Positions 8,867-19,385 of a stretch of 64,000 bases of DNA are shown here, piece after piece. Numbering within the stretch: the stretch's first letter is position 1; each line of letters starts with the position of its first letter. The DNA is taken from contig CAWBEI010000005.1 of the NCBI GenBank assembly GCA_963787835.1, positions 1 to 64,000 on the forward strand, in the 5' to 3' direction. Under the pieces are notes generated by a model, which saw nothing but the letters and a program-made list of their open reading frames with translations, did no database searches and had not been told where the DNA came from. The stretch is from Ignavibacteriota bacterium. Its GTDB lineage: Bacteria > Bacteroidota > Ignavibacteria > Palsa-1295. A program made the position numbers and the translations under genes.

Positions 8867-11800
8867 TGCCACTGCTTTCGAATAAAACCCACCCTTTTGA
8901 CTTGCCTTCGCTCGAAGCGGAAGTTCGCGATCATGTTGCGGCCGGCGATGGCGAGAGTTGGGTCTTTATTGTACCGAATCGAATTGCGCAACGAAGGATG
9001 GAGCAGGATCTGCTATTGGCTGCTCGTGGCAGGACTTTACCCCAGTTGAATATCCTTACGCTGGCCGACCTTGCGACCGCCCTTGCCGTCAGAGGGTTTC
9101 CGGGATTTTGGCGTATAGGGGATGGCGAGAGCGCTGTGCTGATTGAGTTGGCGATCAGCAAATTGCTTCGAGAACATGCGCTCTCGTTTTTCGAGCGTGC
9201 GGCTGCTTCTGATGATCGCGTGACATCAGTTAATACTGACGCTAATCGCGAACAAGCATTTCCTATTCCACGCGGGACGTTCGAACTTGTCGTCAATACC
9301 ATTCGGCAACTCAAAGAGAGCGGGGTTGCTCCACCGGACATCGAACGCGATCTGCTTCAATCGGAATTCAAAGGGGAGACCACTGAGATCCGAAGGATGC
9401 GCGATATGCTATTGATCTATCAGCAATATCAATGGTGGCTGCAGGAAAGGAAATTGATGGATGGGCACGGGCAGATGCTTCTCGTGAACGAGCGGTATCG
9501 TACGGCTTCTGCAACAGGCGAAGAAAGCTTGATATGGCAAGATTTCCAAGGAGCTTTCCCTCGAGCGTCCCAGGTATTTATTTCAGGCTTTTACTATTTG
9601 GAGCCACCCTCCGTTGCGCTCATTGCGCGCTTGGCTGCGATAGACGATCTTTCCGTAACCATCGAACTTGCAGAGCACAAAAATAACCCGGACCTTTTTG
9701 CCGGATTGATAGAACTGGAGCACAAACTTCATGATATTGGATTCAAACAGGTTTCTCCCGCTCGGAATGATTCCGACCCGCTCGGCGAATATCTTAGCAA
9801 GCATCTTTTTCGCCAGATCAATGAATCTGCGGGGACCCGAGAAGTTCTCTCCGATGTCTCGGCAACGAAGATCCAATATTTCATTGCCTCCGATATGGCA
9901 CGTGAGGTCGAGGCGATCGCTCGGCGTGTAAAATTGCTCTATCATTCGGATGCGGCTATTCGAGATGACCTTTCGCAGATCGTTATTGCAACGCCAGCTT
10001 CGGAGGCATACACACCGCTGTTCGAAGAAATATTTCGCCGGCATGAGATCCCGGTACAGATCACCGACCGCTATCACCTGGATCGTTCGCCGCTTGTCAT
10101 CGCGCTACTTTCGCTTCTCGATGCTGCCAGAACAAAGTTGCGCAGGCGGGAACTTGTGCGTATGCTGGCCAGTCCATACTTTGGGTTCAAAGCATCCTTC
10201 GGTGCGTCATTCGACGCGCAAAACTTACTTGGAGTGCTTTCGAAATACAAGCAAAGCGGAGATGCCGTAGCTATACGCCGCTCGCTTGGCGCGCATCTTC
10301 AGCAGGCCCGATCGGCAAAAGAAGAATCTCAGGATTCCATCGATTTTGCGAGATCGGAAGCGGAGGAGGTTAAAATTCAGAATGCACTTCGGGATCTGGA
10401 TCGTATCAGTAATCTGCTTTTGCCGCTCTCGGTAAAACTGACTCCTTCCGAATTTTGCAATGCTGTTCGTTCCTTGCTATCGGAACTTCATACGCCACAG
10501 CAAATTCTTTCCTCCAGCCGCGTGACGATCGCCGAAGGCACGCTGGAGAACGATACCCGTGCTTACCGCGCGCTCGTGAACTTGATGGAAGAATTAGAAT
10601 CCCTGTTTCATGTGATGGGGATCGCGAACGAGAAACGAAGCAGCGCCTATTTCGAACAACGGCTAAAAGCAGCGCTCATCGTTACGCGCTACAGCCCTCG
10701 TGCGCGGAGCCATGCGGTGATGGTAACCTCGCTTGCCCAATCGATCTCTCAGCCGGCGAAGTATTTGTTCCTTGCCGGACTTACAGAAGGTACGTTCCCA
10801 GCGCCGTATCAGCCGCAGATCTTTTTAACCAGCGGATTGCAAAAAGGCGAGCGAAAACAGCTATTGGAAGATCGCGTTCTGTTTTATCAGGCGCTTACTA
10901 ATTTCAAGGAACGTCTATATCTCAGTTATCCGGAGAAGAGCGGCGGAGCGCAGGTCAATCGCTCGAATTTTATCGACGCGCTGGAAGAGGTGTTGAAGAT
11001 ACAGCAAGCGCCGGCGGTCGAGGGGATCTTTTCGAGTAACGATCTGTATCGAATTGCTCACATTCTCGAGCCTTCGACGATGGCCCAGCTCGAAGAACTT
11101 CATCCCCGCGCTTCGTGGCTTGTCGCGCTGAAAAAACAAGTTCCCAGATTGTCCGAAGCGATCCGGGCACGATTACTTCCGGAGGATTCGATCTACCGCG
11201 GCCTTGTGGATCCGGAATTGCTTTCCGCCGACGAAAAAGCATTCCTCGAATACAATAAGAGCCGCGTGTGGTCCATCACGCAGTTGGAGCTGTATGCCGG
11301 TTGCCCGTTCCGATTCTTTGCCCGCGATGTTCTGGCGCTCGGCGAAGAGCAGGAAATGGAGGAAGGCCTCGATGCGCGCGACCGTGGTTCGGCGCTTCAT
11401 GAAATTTTGCGGCAATTTCTTATTACTCGCAGAGAGAGTAAGCTTCCCGCCATTCAGGATATTACGGAATCCGAAATTGGAACTGTCTATTTGGAAGCAC
11501 GTCAATTGGCAGAAGATCATTTCAAATCTATTGCAAGTGATCATCCGTTCTGGCGCTTAGATGCGGAACTATTGCTATCGGATAACAAGCCCGGTGGAAG
11601 CGTACTTCGGAAATTCATCGAGCGCGAACACAAACTGGCTCCGTATGAACTGCGCCCGCGATTTTTCGAAGTGAGCTTCGGCGGTGCGGGTCGCGCCCCG
11701 AAAACGCCGACCGATCAAACGCTTTCGAGAGACGCACCGGTCGATCTCGGTGGAATCAAATTGAGAGGTAAGATCGACCGCATCGATATTCCAAATGAGA

Positions 11801-12273
11801 ATGCAAACGGCACGCTCAATGGGGATGCGTTTGCCATCATTGATTATAAGTCGGGCAAAGAGACACCTAAATGGTCCGAGATAGAACGGGGACTCTCGCT
11901 GCAACTTCCGCTCTATCTCCGCGTTGCCGAGGACTTGCTGCGCAGCCATTTCCCGGAACTGAAAGGAGTCGCGGCATTATACAATAAACTCCTCAGCGAC
12001 GATCCAAAACGAAAGCTGGGACTTGCGCTCAAGTCGTATTCCGCGAAAGCCTTTGAAGAATTAAGCAAACGAAAAACTGGAGGACTGCTTGATTCCGAGG
12101 AAGAACTGACAGAAGTAATTGATCAGTCAATCGCAAAAGCAAAAACGTATGTGGAGGGAGTTTCAGCAGGGATGTTCCCGCTTATCGAAGCAGATCTGAT
12201 CAAGAACTGCGCCTACTGTCCGTATGGGTCAGTATGCAGAGTCAATGAAGCTGAGGAAGCGGGAGTCCTATAA
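8866..12273 (+). CDS. addB: AddB/RexB-like ATP-dependent helicase/nuclease subunit B (PD-(D/E)XK)
   Basis: WSITQLELYAGCPFRFFA, GKIDRID, IIDYKSG, LQLPLY, and C-terminal CAYCPYGSVC Fe-S cysteines. Confidence 0.85.
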   Translation: MPLLSNKTHPFDLPSLEAEVRDHVAAGDGESWVFIVPNRIAQRRMEQDLLLAARGRTLPQLNILTLADLATALAVRGFPGFWRIGDGESAVLIELAISKLLREHALSFFERAAASDDRVTSVNTDANREQAFPIPRGTFELVVNTIRQLKESGVAPPDIERDLLQSEFKGETTEIRRMRDMLLIYQQYQWWLQERKLMDGHGQMLLVNERYRTASATGEESLIWQDFQGAFPRASQVFISGFYYLEPPSVALIARLAAIDDLSVTIELAEHKNNPDLFAGLIELEHKLHDIGFKQVSPARNDSDPLGEYLSKHLFRQINESAGTREVLSDVSATKIQYFIASDMAREVEAIARRVKLLYHSDAAIRDDLSQIVIATPASEAYTPLFEEIFRRHEIPVQITDRYHLDRSPLVIALLSLLDAARTKLRRRELVRMLASPYFGFKASFGASFDAQNLLGVLSKYKQSGDAVAIRRSLGAHLQQARSAKEESQDSIDFARSEAEEVKIQNALRDLDRISNLLLPLSVKLTPSEFCNAVRSLLSELHTPQQILSSSRVTIAEGTLENDTRAYRALVNLMEELESLFHVMGIANEKRSSAYFEQRLKAALIVTRYSPRARSHAVMVTSLAQSISQPAKYLFLAGLTEGTFPAPYQPQIFLTSGLQKGERKQLLEDRVLFYQALTNFKERLYLSYPEKSGGAQVNRSNFIDALEEVLKIQQAPAVEGIFSSNDLYRIAHILEPSTMAQLEELHPRASWLVALKKQVPRLSEAIRARLLPEDSIYRGLVDPELLSADEKAFLEYNKSRVWSITQLELYAGCPFRFFARDVLALGEEQEMEEGLDARDRGSALHEILRQFLITRRESKLPAIQDITESEIGTVYLEARQLAEDHFKSIASDHPFWRLDAELLLSDNKPGGSVLRKFIEREHKLAPYELRPRFFEVSFGGAGRAPKTPTDQTLSRDAPVDLGGIKLRGKIDRIDIPNENANGTLNGDAFAIIDYKSGKETPKWSEIERGLSLQLPLYLRVAEDLLRSHFPELKGVAALYNKLLSDDPKRKLGLALKSYSAKAFEELSKRKTGGLLDSEEELTEVIDQSIAKAKTYVEGVSAGMFPLIEADLIKNCAYCPYGSVCRVNEAEEAGVL

Positions 12274-12399
12274 CCACGATTTCCAGGATTTTGCGGATTT
12301 TCCAGGATGGATTTTTTATGATTGCAGGATTTCAGAACATCGTCTATATAGATCCTGCGATTCATCCTGAGAAATCCGCTAAATCCAGAGAATCGTGGT
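12273..12399. repeat. Long hairpin of GGATT nonamers between convergent genes (possible bidirectional terminator)
   Basis: 37-nt arms at 12273-12309 and 12363-12399 are 31/37 complementary, with an inner TGCAGGAT/ATCCTGCG stem. Confidence 0.8.
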
Positions 12400-13100
12400 C
12401 AGAAGTTAAACCCATAGCCAACGGTCAGGAACAATCCGCTCAAGTTTGTGAGGGACTCTGTCGTCGTGCTTTCGATGGAGCCGGGATAGGGAATAATGAA
12501 ATACCGTATGTTCACACCAAAATTATTTTTAGGATCGGTACCAAAATTTGCTCCGACGCCTATAAATCCACCTGGAACGATCTTGGAATAACCGTCCCCG
12601 AACGCGGAGAAAAAATCCTGATTATAGGGGGTGGTCATCGCGATCACCGGTCCTGCGCCGGCAGTAACATAAGGGCGTAAATTATCGCTGAGATCCGAGC
12701 GGAACACCCTGTATTGAAGACTGAACATCATAGGAATGACAAAAACCCGATTGACCTGATTAACCTCAAGAAAATCTACTTCCTGGGAAGCTTGGGCAGA
12801 GCCGGCGTCAACGGAAAGGAGAGCAGTCAGATCGGGGCTGAAAGAATGGCCCAAAAACAACCCGCCGCCGAAACCATAGTCGCTGAAGGAGATGGTCAGC
12901 CCCCAGGTGTTCGGGTATTCGCGGGCCAGCTCCTGGTTACTTACAATAAGCGGTCGTGCGGGCTGAAACACAATGGCGGTATCGGCGCTTGGCTTTGATG
13001 TGCCTGAACCAATAGGCATTTGAGCCTTTGCAGGCGCCGCAAAAAGAAGCGCCACGCCCAGGATTAACCCCATTACCGTTATAAAACTGCGTTTCATCAT
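12399..13100 (-). CDS. Outer-membrane beta-barrel protein
   Basis: Signal peptide, amphipathic strands (LRPYVTAGAG, GGFIGVGANF) and C-terminal VGYGFNF. Confidence 0.75.
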   Translation of the reverse strand: MMKRSFITVMGLILGVALLFAAPAKAQMPIGSGTSKPSADTAIVFQPARPLIVSNQELAREYPNTWGLTISFSDYGFGGGLFLGHSFSPDLTALLSVDAGSAQASQEVDFLEVNQVNRVFVIPMMFSLQYRVFRSDLSDNLRPYVTAGAGPVIAMTTPYNQDFFSAFGDGYSKIVPGGFIGVGANFGTDPKNNFGVNIRYFIIPYPGSIESTTTESLTNLSGLFLTVGYGFNF

Positions 13101-13255
13101 TTCTCCGATGCCAATGCCTTCTATAGAACACCTGAACCTGCAATTGGTAACAATTGAACGGCGTTCCGGAAACCCCCTTTAGTTTCTAACTCCCCGCAAT
13201 GCTCATGAGTTCTAAGTTCTTAGTGAGTGGATATTAACAGTCTAATATCATTCGT

Positions 13256-14437
13256 CTAGTGCACGCCCAGAATAAAGCACTTAAGATAGGCTGTTTCCGG
13301 CATGGCCAACAGTGTGGGGTGGTCGATGCCAGCCGCACGTTCTTCGAGAATAGTTACAGACCGTCCCGCTCTTCGGGATGCTTCAGCGATAATATCCAAA
13401 AATCTTTCCCGATCGATGTGATGCGAGCACGAACACGTGACGAGTATCCCATCGTTGGCGATACGGCGGATCGCGTTCGTATTCAGTGTAAGGTAGGCTT
13501 TTTGAGCCTGTGCCACATCCTTCTTCGATTTTGCCAGCGCCGGTGGATCGAGGATGATCGCATCGAATTCATCTTGCGATTCGCGCAGAAAATCGAAACA
13601 ATCTGCCTGCACTACGGAAATTTGTTCCGAAACTCCGTTCAGTGCGGCATTTTGCTGAAGGAGCTTCAACGCAGGCGCCGATTCATCTACAGCGACGACT
13701 GTTTTCGCCCCAGCCAGTGCCGCGTTGTTCGCAAACCCTCCGTTATTCGCAAAGAGGTCGAGTACGCGAGCTCCGGGGCGGATAAAATCTCGAATGCGCA
13801 CACGGTTTTCCATTTGGTCGAGATAGAAACCTGTTTTTTGCCCACCGAGCACATCGACCGCAAACCGTGTTCCACCTGCATCATGTATCTCGGTGGTGGC
13901 ATCGGTGCCAAACACCAGCGATTCACCGGTCGGCAAGCCTTCGAGCTTACGAAGATGCGAATTGTTTTTCTCCACAATTGCCGAAGGCCGGAAAAGCTTC
14001 AGAAGAATTTCGATTATCATGTCCTTACGAAGATCGATCCCCGCGGAAAGCATTTGATAGGCAAGGACGTCACCGTAGCGATCGACGATAAGGCCGGGCA
14101 GAAGATCGCTTTCGCCGTGGACGATCCGGTAGGCATTCCGGCGCTGGCTGAGAAGTTCGCGCCGGGATGCCGCTTCAGCAATTCGCCGCTCGAAAAAATG
14201 TGGGTCGATGGCTTCCTCTGCATTCCGTGTAAGCATACGGAATGAGATGAGCGAATTCGGGTGGTAAAAGCCATTTCCGATCGGCGCGCCATTTTGCTCG
14301 CGCACGAGCGTAACGATGGAGCCGGGAGGCACATCTTTCGGCAGGTCGAGCAGTTCGTTGCTGAATGCCCAGAGATGCCCGCGTTGAAGGCGCAGCTCTT
14401 CTTTGTTGCGAATGCGAAGGCGAGGATAATTGGACAA
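13256..14437 (-). CDS. rlmI: RlmI/RlmK-family SAM-dependent rRNA methyltransferase
   Basis: PUA-like N-terminus (GHLWAFSNE), GESDLLPGLIVDRY, GQKTGFYLDQ, ILDPP, TCSCS, ETAYLK. Confidence 0.85.
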   Translation of the reverse strand: MSNYPRLRIRNKEELRLQRGHLWAFSNELLDLPKDVPPGSIVTLVREQNGAPIGNGFYHPNSLISFRMLTRNAEEAIDPHFFERRIAEAASRRELLSQRRNAYRIVHGESDLLPGLIVDRYGDVLAYQMLSAGIDLRKDMIIEILLKLFRPSAIVEKNNSHLRKLEGLPTGESLVFGTDATTEIHDAGGTRFAVDVLGGQKTGFYLDQMENRVRIRDFIRPGARVLDLFANNGGFANNAALAGAKTVVAVDESAPALKLLQQNAALNGVSEQISVVQADCFDFLRESQDEFDAIILDPPALAKSKKDVAQAQKAYLTLNTNAIRRIANDGILVTCSCSHHIDRERFLDIIAEASRRAGRSVTILEERAAGIDHPTLLAMPETAYLKCFILGVH

Positions 14438-14562
14438 GTAAGATGTAAGAATTAAAAATGAAGAATTGTTGGCTAAGCGGTTAGTGGCAATTGCTTGATC
14501 AAAGCCCTATAAATTACTAACATCGCGGAACCCCTAATTGTTATCTTGCCGTTCTTCCACTT

Positions 14563-15084
14563 ATGAGCAGCATAAAATACGTATTTTCCTTGCCATTGCT
14601 GCTTGTTCTATTCTCGTGTGGCACGGATTACCCCCCGATCGACTCCAACATCAGCTTCAATCTTCCCTATAGCGTTGATTTTGCCATTTCCAATTCGGCG
14701 TTGTCCGGCAATGATACCACGCTCGCCGCCATCGGCAAGATCGACACCACCAATTATATAAAGAACGGTACCTCCGGCTATCTTCTCCAAAGTTCGCAAG
14801 TCTGGATGCTTGAACTTCAATCCAGTGATGCAAGCTTCACGCTCGATCAGTTGGGATTTGCGCGGGTTCTCATTGGCGCAGATACGATCGCATTCGATGC
14901 ACTTCCGCCTCAGGCTACGCTCGATACCACGCTTGTGCTTACCAAGAAAGATATTACTCCCTATATGAAAGATACCTCCTTCACGGCATCGCTTCAGTGC
15001 CACCTGAAGAATGCACCTGCAAATCCCGTTACCATAACCTGTAGCATGACGGTTGTTTATACTGCACCGTATCAAAATTTCTGA
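14563..15084 (+). CDS. Hypothetical lipoprotein
   Basis: Lipobox LVLFSC; 173 aa. Confidence 0.7.
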   Translation: MSSIKYVFSLPLLLVLFSCGTDYPPIDSNISFNLPYSVDFAISNSALSGNDTTLAAIGKIDTTNYIKNGTSGYLLQSSQVWMLELQSSDASFTLDQLGFARVLIGADTIAFDALPPQATLDTTLVLTKKDITPYMKDTSFTASLQCHLKNAPANPVTITCSMTVVYTAPYQNF

Positions 15085-15086
15085 GT

Positions 15087-16131
15087 ATGTCTGTCGCAGA
15101 AGTTCGAGAATCCCGATCTAACGTTCTTACCTACGAACAGGCAGGTGTTAATATCGATGCCGGTGAAGAACTCGTTCGGCGTATTAAACCGATGGTTCGC
15201 AAGACCTTCAACGATCGTGTTCTCACCGATATTGGTGGATTCGGAGGATTGTTCGATGCACGGTTCCCAGAAATGAAATTTCCGGTGCTCGTTTCGAGCA
15301 CCGATGGCGTCGGAACGAAAATTAAGGTTGCGATCGATGCGAATAGGCACGATACTGTTGGACAGGATCTTTGTCAATCATTGCGTGAATGACATTCTTG
15401 TGTGCGGCGCACGGCCTCTTTTCTTTCTGGATTATTTTGCTTCAGGGAAGTTACATGTTGATGTTGGGGAATCCGTGATCTCAGGATTTGTGAAGGCATG
15501 TGCTGAAAATGGATGCGCCCTCATCGGTGGCGAAACGGCAGAAATGCCAGGGATCTATCAAGGGAATGACTACGATCTTGCCGGTACCATCGTCGGTGTC
15601 GTTGAGCGAGAACGTATGTTCCAACGCGAGTCTGTAGCCGAAGGCGATGTCCTGATCGGACTTCCCAGCACGGGCTTACACACCAATGGATACAGCCTTG
15701 CCCGAAAAGCGCTACTCTCGCATTACACGCTCGAATCTCCATTGTCGAGTGGAGGAACGATAGCGGACGCACTGTTGAACGTGCACCGGTCTTATCTTCG
15801 TCCGGTGCAGCATTTACTCGAACGGTTCAATCCGGGGATCGATATTCATGCACTCAGCCATATTACCGGCGGAGGGATCGTCGGTAATACGTCTCGCGTG
15901 GTGTCGGAGGGACTTGTGCTTGCCATAGATTGGAATGCCTGGTTACGTCCGCCGATCTTTCAGCTTATTCAGGACTCCGGGAATGTTCCGGAAGAAGAAA
16001 TGCGCCGAGCATTTAATCTTGGCATTGGGCTGATCCTGCTCGTGCCTGCGGATCGTGCTGGGGCGATCGAAACGGCGCTGATCGAATATGGTGAAGCTCC
16101 GGTGAGGATCGGAAATGTTGTCCGCAACTGA
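15087..16131 (+). pseudogene. purM: Phosphoribosylformylglycinamidine cyclo-ligase, split by one extra T at 15370-15372 (artefact, pseudogene or recoding)
   Basis: [10 protein letters not shown]...TDGVGTK...GQDL lies in one frame and VNHCVNDIL...GGETAE...GLHTNGYSL...HITGGG in the +1 frame. The junction is GAT CTT T GTC AAT. Confidence 0.9.
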
Positions 16132-17926
16132 ATCATCGGAGACGATCTCCGAATCTCTCGACCGCATTCTTGCCACGAAATTCCATTTAAATGGATTTCG
16201 CCCAATGCAACGCGAAGCCATCGAAGCGGTCTTAGCAGGCCGAGACACGCTTGTCGTGATGCCGACGGGAGGTGGTAAATCGTTGTGCTATCAGCTTCCC
16301 GCACTGCTCTTGCCGGGAATTACTTTGGTGATCTCTCCGCTCATCGCACTGATGCAGGATCAGGTCGGGCATCTTCGTAAGTTGGGAATTAATGCGGTCG
16401 CGTTAAATAGCACACTCACGTACGCGGAAACACGCGCTCTTGTTCGACGCGCGCGAACAGGAGACATTGCATTAGTATTTGCCGCACCGGAGCGGCTGGA
16501 ATCAACTATTTTTCGCGAAGAGCTTTCCGGGCTTCCGATATCGCTTCTTGCGATAGATGAGGCACATTGCATCAGCCAATGGGGGCATGACTTCCGGACA
16601 TCCTATCGTCGCATTCCGGATGTTTACGAAATGCTGGGCGATGGCCACCGCCCTCCCGTAATCGCACTTACTGCAACGGCAACGCCGGAAGTACGCGCGG
16701 ATATTTCCATGCTGCTTCAATTGGAGCAGCCTCTGGAGATCGTCACCGGCTTTGAGCGCCCAAATATTGCGTATGGCGTGCTTCGTGAATGCGACAAAGA
16801 TACGCGCCTGCGTGATATTCTCTCAAGCGTTCCGAGGGGAACCGCTATTGTCTATGCGGGAACGCGAAAATCGGTAGATAGGATCGCGATGGATCTTCAG
16901 CGTCTTGGATTTTCCGCCGAAGCGTATCATGCCGGAATTCCGCTCGTTGCGCGCCGCAAGACGCAGGAACGTTTTCACTCGGCAGAAACCCGAGTGATCG
17001 TTGCAACCAGTGCGTTCGGGATGGGGATCGATAAGGCCGATGTGAGAGCGGTCATTCATTATGATATTCCCGGATCGCTCGAAGCCTATTATCAGGAGTC
17101 GGGCCGTGCCGGGCGGGATGGGCAGCGCGCCCATGCCGTTTTGTTCTACAATGATGGCGACCGGAATATGCAGGAATCGATGCTCCGATCAAGTTCGCCA
17201 ACGGAAGAAGAAGTAAAGTCGGCTTATACGGCGCTCCATGAAATTGCGGGTACGCCGGTTGGTGCGCTCTATCAGGGAATTCTTGTGGTGCAGGGTGAAC
17301 AGATACTGGAGCGAATGGCTCGCATGGTGAATCCAGGCCGTGCATCGATCGAGTCCATTATTGAAGCATTGGTTCGAGCCGGTCATGTGGAGTGGCATCG
17401 AGGACTATCCACGGATGCCCGGGCACGGATCCGGTTCACGGCAACACGCGCCAGACTGGATGAGATCAGTTTTAAGACTGCCAACAAAGGCGTAAAACGC
17501 ACGATCTCCGCATTGCTTCGAACTCTTGGAGGTTCAGAGGCATTCGAGCAGGAAGTATTTCTCGATACCGATGCCCTCATCGAAAGTCACGATCTCGATA
17601 AAGATGAATTTAAGCTTGCACTTCGAACGATCGAAGGTTTGGGGCTTATCCGTCATGTTCCCGGGCTTCGATCTCGGAGTTCGATGGACGTATTCCATCT
17701 CAGCCTTATCACGGAACGAACTGCGATGCAACATCTCGATGTGGGAGGGAAGTTATTGGAGGCGCGCTACGAGGCGAATCGGGCAAAGCTCGACTCCATG
17801 ATAGCCTATGCGGTAGAATGGAATTGCCGCCAAAACACCATACTAAATTATTTCGGTGAACGCCGGTCGAAAACCCGGTGCGGTATATGTGATGTCTGCA
17901 CTGCGAGCGAACGTGGGAACTACTAA
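16115..17926 (+). CDS. recQ: RecQ-family ATP-dependent DNA helicase (no HRDC domain)
   Basis: MPTGGGKSLCYQ, DEAHCISQWGHDFR, ALTATA, QESGRAGRDG and C-terminal Zn site CR...CGICDVC. Confidence 0.92.
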   Translation: MLSATESSETISESLDRILATKFHLNGFRPMQREAIEAVLAGRDTLVVMPTGGGKSLCYQLPALLLPGITLVISPLIALMQDQVGHLRKLGINAVALNSTLTYAETRALVRRARTGDIALVFAAPERLESTIFREELSGLPISLLAIDEAHCISQWGHDFRTSYRRIPDVYEMLGDGHRPPVIALTATATPEVRADISMLLQLEQPLEIVTGFERPNIAYGVLRECDKDTRLRDILSSVPRGTAIVYAGTRKSVDRIAMDLQRLGFSAEAYHAGIPLVARRKTQERFHSAETRVIVATSAFGMGIDKADVRAVIHYDIPGSLEAYYQESGRAGRDGQRAHAVLFYNDGDRNMQESMLRSSSPTEEEVKSAYTALHEIAGTPVGALYQGILVVQGEQILERMARMVNPGRASIESIIEALVRAGHVEWHRGLSTDARARIRFTATRARLDEISFKTANKGVKRTISALLRTLGGSEAFEQEVFLDTDALIESHDLDKDEFKLALRTIEGLGLIRHVPGLRSRSSMDVFHLSLITERTAMQHLDVGGKLLEARYEANRAKLDSMIAYAVEWNCRQNTILNYFGERRSKTRCGICDVCTASERGNY

Positions 17927-17930
17927 TCAG

Positions 17931-18227
17931 CTATTTCTTCCCGATCGAATCGTTGATGGCGTTGAAAATTCCTTCGGCACGCTTTTGGTCAGCAGAGAGC
18001 GCCAACGTTTTTGCTTGATAATCGGCGGCAGAGGTGTGATGTCTTCGATAGACGGAATCAAGCGATGATGAAATGCTTGTTGAGTCTTGTGTGGGGGCGA
18101 AATTCGCTCTCGTTCTCAAGAGATCGAGCGTGGTTCGGACGTACTCCGTGTCTTGGGAATTCAGCGAGGGGTGGTCACTGCATCCCATTATTATAGCAGT
18201 TAGTAAGAGGCACAGTGCGATCCTCAT
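17931..18227 (-). CDS. Small hypothetical lipoprotein
   Basis: Lipobox IIMGC; its start overlaps the upstream gene's stop. Confidence 0.65.
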   Translation of the reverse strand: MRIALCLLLTAIIMGCSDHPSLNSQDTEYVRTTLDLLRTRANFAPTQDSTSISSSLDSVYRRHHTSAADYQAKTLALSADQKRAEGIFNAINDSIGKK

Positions 18228-19366
18228 AAGGCGTTCAACCCATTTTCAATATCTTCTAGAAGATCGCCAATATCTTCAACGCCAACGCTGAGCCTCACGA
18301 GTCCTTCGGTAATTCCCAATTCTTGCCGGCGTTGTTCCGGAACCGAAGCGTGGGTCATCGTGAGGGGATGGCACACCAGCGATTCAACGGCCCCCAAGCT
18401 TTCCCCAAGTGTGAAATAGTGAAGCACACTGGTGAATTTCTTTGCGTTTTCAAGGCTGCCCGTTTCGACCGAGACCATTCCGCCAAATCCTTTCATTTGC
18501 TGCAATGCAAGCTGATGCTGTGGATGAGAGTTTAGCCCAGGATAGTATACTTTTTTCACGCGAGGATCAGCGGCAAGCCGTTCGGCGATCATCTGCGCGT
18601 TCTCGCAATGAGCTCGCATTCTGAGAGCAAGTGTTTTTACGCTCCGTAAGAGAAGCCAGCAATCGAACGGAGAGGGAACCGCGCCGTAGGCATTCTGATA
18701 GAACTTGATCTTTTCCGCGATCTCTGCATTCGATGTCACCAGAGCGCCGCCGATTACATCCGAATGGCCGCCGATATATTTGGTTACCGAATGCAGGACA
18801 ATATCAATACCAAAATCCAATGGATTTTGCAGATAGGGCGACATGAACGTGTTATCGACGATCGTCATCACCTCTCGCTCGCGTGCCAGCACACTTAATG
18901 CCCCAAGATCAGTAAGATTCATCATGGGATTGGTCGGAGTCTCGGCATAGATGAGCCGCGTATTTGCTCTGATGGCTCGTTCTATGGAATGAATGTGATC
19001 CATCGGAACGAAAGAGAACTCGATTCCTGAGGTTTCGAGAATTTTCGAGAAATACCGGTAGGTTCCCCCATACATATCGCTGCCGGCAATGACATGCTGG
19101 CCGGGCTTGATGAGCGATAGAGCCGCTGCAATAGTTGACATGCCCGAAGCAAACGCAAACCCGACGGTGCCATTCTCTAACGCAGCAATGCTGGTTTCCC
19201 AAGCCTCACGGGTAGGGTTGATCGTGCGGCCGTAATCATATTTTACATGCTCGCCGAGCGCATGTTGCGCGTAGGTCGTGCTCTGAAAAATCGGAACCGT
19301 TACAGCGCCGGTGCGCGGTTCGGGTTCCTGTCCGGCGTGGATGGCAGTAGTGCTAAAACCAGGCAT
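18224..19366 (-). CDS. Cystathionine gamma-lyase/synthase family PLP enzyme
   Basis: MPGFSTTAIHAGQ, YGRTINPT, ETPTNP, VDNTF, HSVTKYIGGHSD, GESLGAVESL, LVRLSVGVE. Confidence 0.93.
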   Translation of the reverse strand: MPGFSTTAIHAGQEPEPRTGAVTVPIFQSTTYAQHALGEHVKYDYGRTINPTREAWETSIAALENGTVGFAFASGMSTIAAALSLIKPGQHVIAGSDMYGGTYRYFSKILETSGIEFSFVPMDHIHSIERAIRANTRLIYAETPTNPMMNLTDLGALSVLAREREVMTIVDNTFMSPYLQNPLDFGIDIVLHSVTKYIGGHSDVIGGALVTSNAEIAEKIKFYQNAYGAVPSPFDCWLLLRSVKTLALRMRAHCENAQMIAERLAADPRVKKVYYPGLNSHPQHQLALQQMKGFGGMVSVETGSLENAKKFTSVLHYFTLGESLGAVESLVCHPLTMTHASVPEQRRQELGITEGLVRLSVGVEDIGDLLEDIENGLNAL

Positions 19367-19385
19367 GGAGAATAATGAGAGATAG

